Source: the human T2T-CHM13v2.0 reference genome, Homo sapiens. From it: DNA of 64,000 nucleotides. Position 1 is the first letter of the stretch, and every line of letters starts with the position of its first letter. The notes beneath the pieces are model-generated. The model searched no databases. It was not told the origin of the DNA and was given only the letters and a program-made list of their open reading frames with translations. Below, piece after piece: positions 59,711-64,000 of this stretch. Both the position numbers and the translations under genes were made by a program. Where the stretch lies: the NCBI RefSeq assembly GCF_009914755.1, contig NC_060933.1; one strand, written 5' to 3'.

Positions 59711-62700
59711 TGATTTCTTTTTTATCACATCGTGGTCAGAGACCTATTTGACGTACTTTCAGTTTTGTTTTTTTTAATTTTAAGACTTTTTGTGGCCTAA
59801 TAGATGCTCTGTTCTTGAGGATGTTATATATGCTGAGGAGAAGAATGTGTATATTCTGCAGCCGTTAGATGAAATGTTCTGTAAGTATCTGTTTGGTCCA
59901 TTTAGTCTATAGTGCAGATTCAGTCAAATGTTTCTTAGTTTTATGTCTGGAAGATCTGTCCAGTGCTGAAAGTGGGATGTTGAAGTTTCCAGCAATTACT
60001 GTGTTGGAGTCCATCTCTCTTTAGCTCTAATAATGTTTACTTTATATATCTGGGTGCTCCAGTGTTGGGTGCATGTGTATTTATAAATGTTACATCCTCT
60101 TGCTGAATTGACACCCTTATTATATAATGACCTTCTTTGTCTCTTTTTATGGTTTTTATCTTAAAATCTGTTTTATCTGATACAAGTATACCTACTCCTG
60201 CTCTTTCAGTTTCTATTTGCCTGGAATATCTTTTTTGACCCCTTTATTTTTAGTCTGTGTGTATCTTTATAGGTGAAGTGTGTTTCTTTTTTAAAAAATT
60301 TTACTTAAAGTTTTTTTGTTTTTTTAGAGACCGGTTCTCACTTTATCCCCCAGGCTGGAGTGCAGTGGTGTGATCACGGATTACTGTGACCTGAAACTCC
60401 TGAGCTCAGGGGATCTTCCCACCTCAGCTTCCCAAGTAGCTAGGACTACAGGCACATGACACTGCACCTGGCCAATTTTTCTTTATTTTTTATGGAGACA
60501 GGGTCTCACCATCTTGCCCAGGCTAGTCTCAAATTCCTGGGGTCTAGCAATCCTCCTGCATCAGCCTCCTAAAGTGCTGAGATTGTAGGCATGAACCACT
60601 GTGCCCAGCCTGTTTCTTGTAGGCCGCAGATGGTCGGACTGTGCTTGTTTAAATCCGTTCAGCCTCTGTATGTCTTTTGATTGGAGAATTTAGTCTGTTT
60701 ACATTCAATGTCATTATTGATAAGGACTTTCTACTACCATTTTGTTATTTGTTTTCTGGTCTTCTTTTCCTTCCTTCCTTCCCATCTTCCTTTATGGGAA
60801 AGTGATTATTTTCTGGTGGTATGTTTTAATGTCTTGCCTTTTATGTTTTGTGTATGTGTTGTAGGTTTTTGGGTATTTTTTTTTTTTCCCGTACAGAGTC
60901 TTATTCTGTCGCCCATGCTGGAGTGCAGTGGCATAATCTCAGCTCACTGTAGCCTCGACCTCTCCGGCTTAAGCCATCCCTGCACCTCAGCCTCCTGAGT
61001 AGCTGGGACCCCAGGTGTGCACCACTATACCTGGCGAATTTTTGTATTTTTTGTAGAGACGGGGTTTTGCCATGTTGTCCAGGCTGGTATTGAACGCCTG
61101 AGCTCAAGCCATCTGCCTACCCCCACCTCCCAGAGTTCTGGGAATACAGGCGTGAGCCACCGCACCTGGTTGTAGTTATTATTTTTGATAGGTTCATCTT
61201 TTATTCTTTCTGTTTGAGATATGAGTAGTTTACACACCAGAATTACGGTGTTAATATTCTCTATATGTTTGTCTATGTATTTGCTATTACCAGGGAGTTT
61301 TGTATCTTCAGGTAATTTCTCATTGCTCATTACTGTTCTTTTCTTTCAGATTGAAGAACTCCCTTTAGTATTTCCTGTAGGACAGGTCTGGTGTTGACGA
61401 AATCCCTCAGCTTTTGTTTGTTTGGGAAAGTCTTTATTTCTCCTTCATGTTTGAAGGATATTTTCAGTGGATATACTGAAAATACAGGATAAAAGTTTTG
61501 TTTTTTTTCAGTACTTTAAATATGTCATACACTCTCTCCTAGCCTGTAAAGTTTCTACTGAGAAGTGTGCTGCCAGACACATTAGAGCTCCTTTGTATGC
61601 TATGTGTTTTTCTTTTGCTGCTTTTAGAATCCTTTCTTCATTCTTGACCTTTGGGAGTTTGACAATTAAATGTCTGGAGGTAGTTTTGAGTTAAATTTCC
61701 TTGCTGTTCCATAACCTTCTTGTACTTGAATATTGATATCTTTCTCTATGTTTGGGAAGTTCTCTGTAGTATATCTCTTTGAATAAACTTGGTACATACT
61801 TCTCTCTACCTTTTTGTTAAGGCCCATAACTCTTAGATTTTCCCTTTTGAGGCTATTTTCTAGATTTTGTAGGTGTGCTTCATTCTTTTTTATTCTTTAC
61901 TATTTTGTCTCCTCTGACTGTATTTCCTTTCTTTCTTTCTTTTTTGTTTTGAGATGGAGTTTCGCTTTTGTTGCTGAGGCTGGAGTGCAATGGCGTGATC
62001 TTAGCTCACTGCAACCTCTGCTTCCGGGTTCAAGCAATTCCCCTGCCTCGCCTCCCGAGTAGCTGGAATTACAGGTGCCCGCTACCATGCCCGGCTAATT
62101 TGTATTTTTAGTAGAGACAGGGTTTCACCACGTTGGCCAGGCTGGTCTCGAACTCCTGACCTCGGGTGATCTGCCCGTCTCGGCCTCCCAAAATGCTGGG
62201 ATTACAGGCCTGAGCCACCGTGTCCGGCCCCTTGACTGTGTTTTCAAATAGTGTGTCTTCAAGCTCATGATTTCTTTATTCTGCTAAATCAATTCTGCTG
62301 TTGAAAGACTCTGATTCATTCTTGTTTATCAGTTGAATTTTTCAGCTCCAGAATTTCTGCTGGATTTTAAACAATTATTTCAATCTCTTTTTAAAATTCA
62401 TCTGATAGGATTCTGAATTCCTTCTCTGTATTATCTTGAATTTCATTGAGCTTCTTTAAAACAGCTATTTTGACTTTGTCTGTCTGAAAGGTCACACATG
62501 TCTGTCATTCCAGGATTGGTCACTGGTGCCTCATTTAGTTTGTTTGGTGAGGTCATGTTTTCCTGTATGGTCTTGATGCTTGTGGATGTTTGTTGATGTC
62601 TGGGCATTGAAGAGTTAGGTATTTATGGTAGTCTTCACAGTCTGGGCTTGTTTGTACCCATCCTTCTAGAAAAAGCTTTCCAAGTATTCAAAGGTAATTG

Positions 62701-63474
62701 ATTGTTTTGATCTAAGTCCTTGGTCTCTATAGCCGTATCTACATTAGGGAGCACCTTAAGCCCAGTAATGCTGTGACTCTTGTAGACTTATAGCTGTATG
62801 GCCTTAGTGGTCTTGGGTAATAGCCAGTATTCCCTGGATTACCAGGCACAGTCTCTTGTTCTCTTTCCTTATTTTCCCCCAAACAAATGGCATCGCTCTC
62901 CATGCTGAGCTACCTGGAGTTGAGGGGAGGAGTGACACAAGCACCCCTGCAACCACCACCACTGGGACTGTGCTGGGTTAGACCTGAAACCAGCACAGTA
63001 CTGAGTCTCATCAGTACAGTAATATTGCCTGGCTACCACTGATGTTTATTCAAGGCCCAAGGGCTCTTTATTCAGCGGGTTGTGAATCTAGCCAGGCTTG
63101 TGTTTTTCCCTTCAGGGTGGAGGGTTCCCTTTTGGCCTAGGATGGGTCTAGAAATGCTGTCCAGAAGCTAGGGCCTCTAGCCTCTGGAGTTGGGAACTTT
63201 AGGAATCTACTTGGTGCTTTATTTTACTGTGGATGAGCTCATACCCAAGTTGCAAGACAAAGCAGGGTTTTTCTATTTTGTAACATAGGTTGGCATTACA
63301 TTCTTTTTGAAGGGTGAATAATACTCCATTGTAGGTTTATATCACATTTTTAAAAATCCATTCATCTCTTGATGGTTACTTGGGTTGTTTTCACCTTTTG
63401 GCTATTGTGAATAGTGCTTCTGTGACCAGTGATGAACATATTTGTCTATTGGTCATTTGGGTATCTTTGGTTAC

Positions 63475-63970
63475 CATTTATCTTAACAGTGTACCGGATG
63501 TTCTAGCCAGTGCAATAAGGCAAGAAAAAGAAAAAAAAGGCAGCTACAATGGAAAGAAAGAAGTAAAAATTGTCTTTATTCACACATACATTATGTGGAA
63601 AGTCTGATAGAATCTACAAAATTGCTCTAAACTAATAAGTGATTTTAGCAGGATTGCATTATATGAGATCAATATGTAAAAATCAATTGTATTTCTATAT
63701 AGTAGCAATGAATAATTGAATTAAAAATAAAATGATGCCATTCACAGTAGCATCTAAATTATTAAGTACTTAGGAATAAATCTGACCAAAGATGTGGAAG
63801 ACCTGTATGTTGCAAACTCAGAAACATCGCTGAAAAAAATTTAAAAGATCTAAGTAAATGCAGAGATTAACCTTGTTCATGGATTAGAAGACTCAATAAC
63901 CCTAATTATTTAATGCAGTCCTAATTAAAATCACAGTAGGCTTTTTTTTTAGGTAAAAATTAATATGGAT
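63475..63970 (+). mobile_element. L1M ORF2 RT region, probable continuation of the 48400-51403 element
   Basis: Encodes DVLASAIRQEKEKKG...KKEVK (ORF2 EVLARAIRQEKEIKG motif). Confidence 0.82.
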
Positions 63971-64000
63971 TCTTTTTTTTTTTTTTTTTTGAGACAGTCT

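Noticed and set aside
59208-59777. 189-aa ORF as a functional gene
   Set aside because: It is a chimeric frame across the L1 inversion junction containing only a fragment of ORF2p, with a non-ATG start

Overview
Primate (human-like) nuclear genomic DNA, very Alu-rich (roughly 85-90 Alu copies or fragments by manual count). I found no host protein-coding exon. Nearly all entries in the ORF track are Alu, L1, MaLR or GC-rich artefacts. The central feature is a CpG-island promoter (~22.7-24.2 kb) with an ATG-less, + strand first exon ending at a canonical donor (CAG|GTGAGG, 23623/23624). It is followed by at least 40 kb of probable first intron containing Alus, L2, Tigger3b, a THE1 MaLR provirus and nested L1s. 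I cannot name the gene from the sequence. Upstream of the island are Alus, MIR/L2, MER5A, MER82, MLT1 LTRs and one convincing orphan 83-nt exon candidate (8075-8157). I found no evidence of a new multi-gene system. The best-supported curiosities are: a 26-nt tailless U6 5' retro-fragment with a perfect 15-bp TSD; a twin-primed, 5'-inverted L1PA with a 17-bp TSD; a THE1 provirus inside an Alu, with its 3' LTR replaced by an inverted Alu chimera; a tail-to-tail Alu pair 5 nt apart; a 25-bp palindrome with octamer and kB-like motifs at the promoter edge; and splice signals hinting at divergent and upstream transcripts. Repeat subfamily calls come from recalled consensus sequences, not a database search. 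Repeat boundaries are approximate unless a TSD is quoted.
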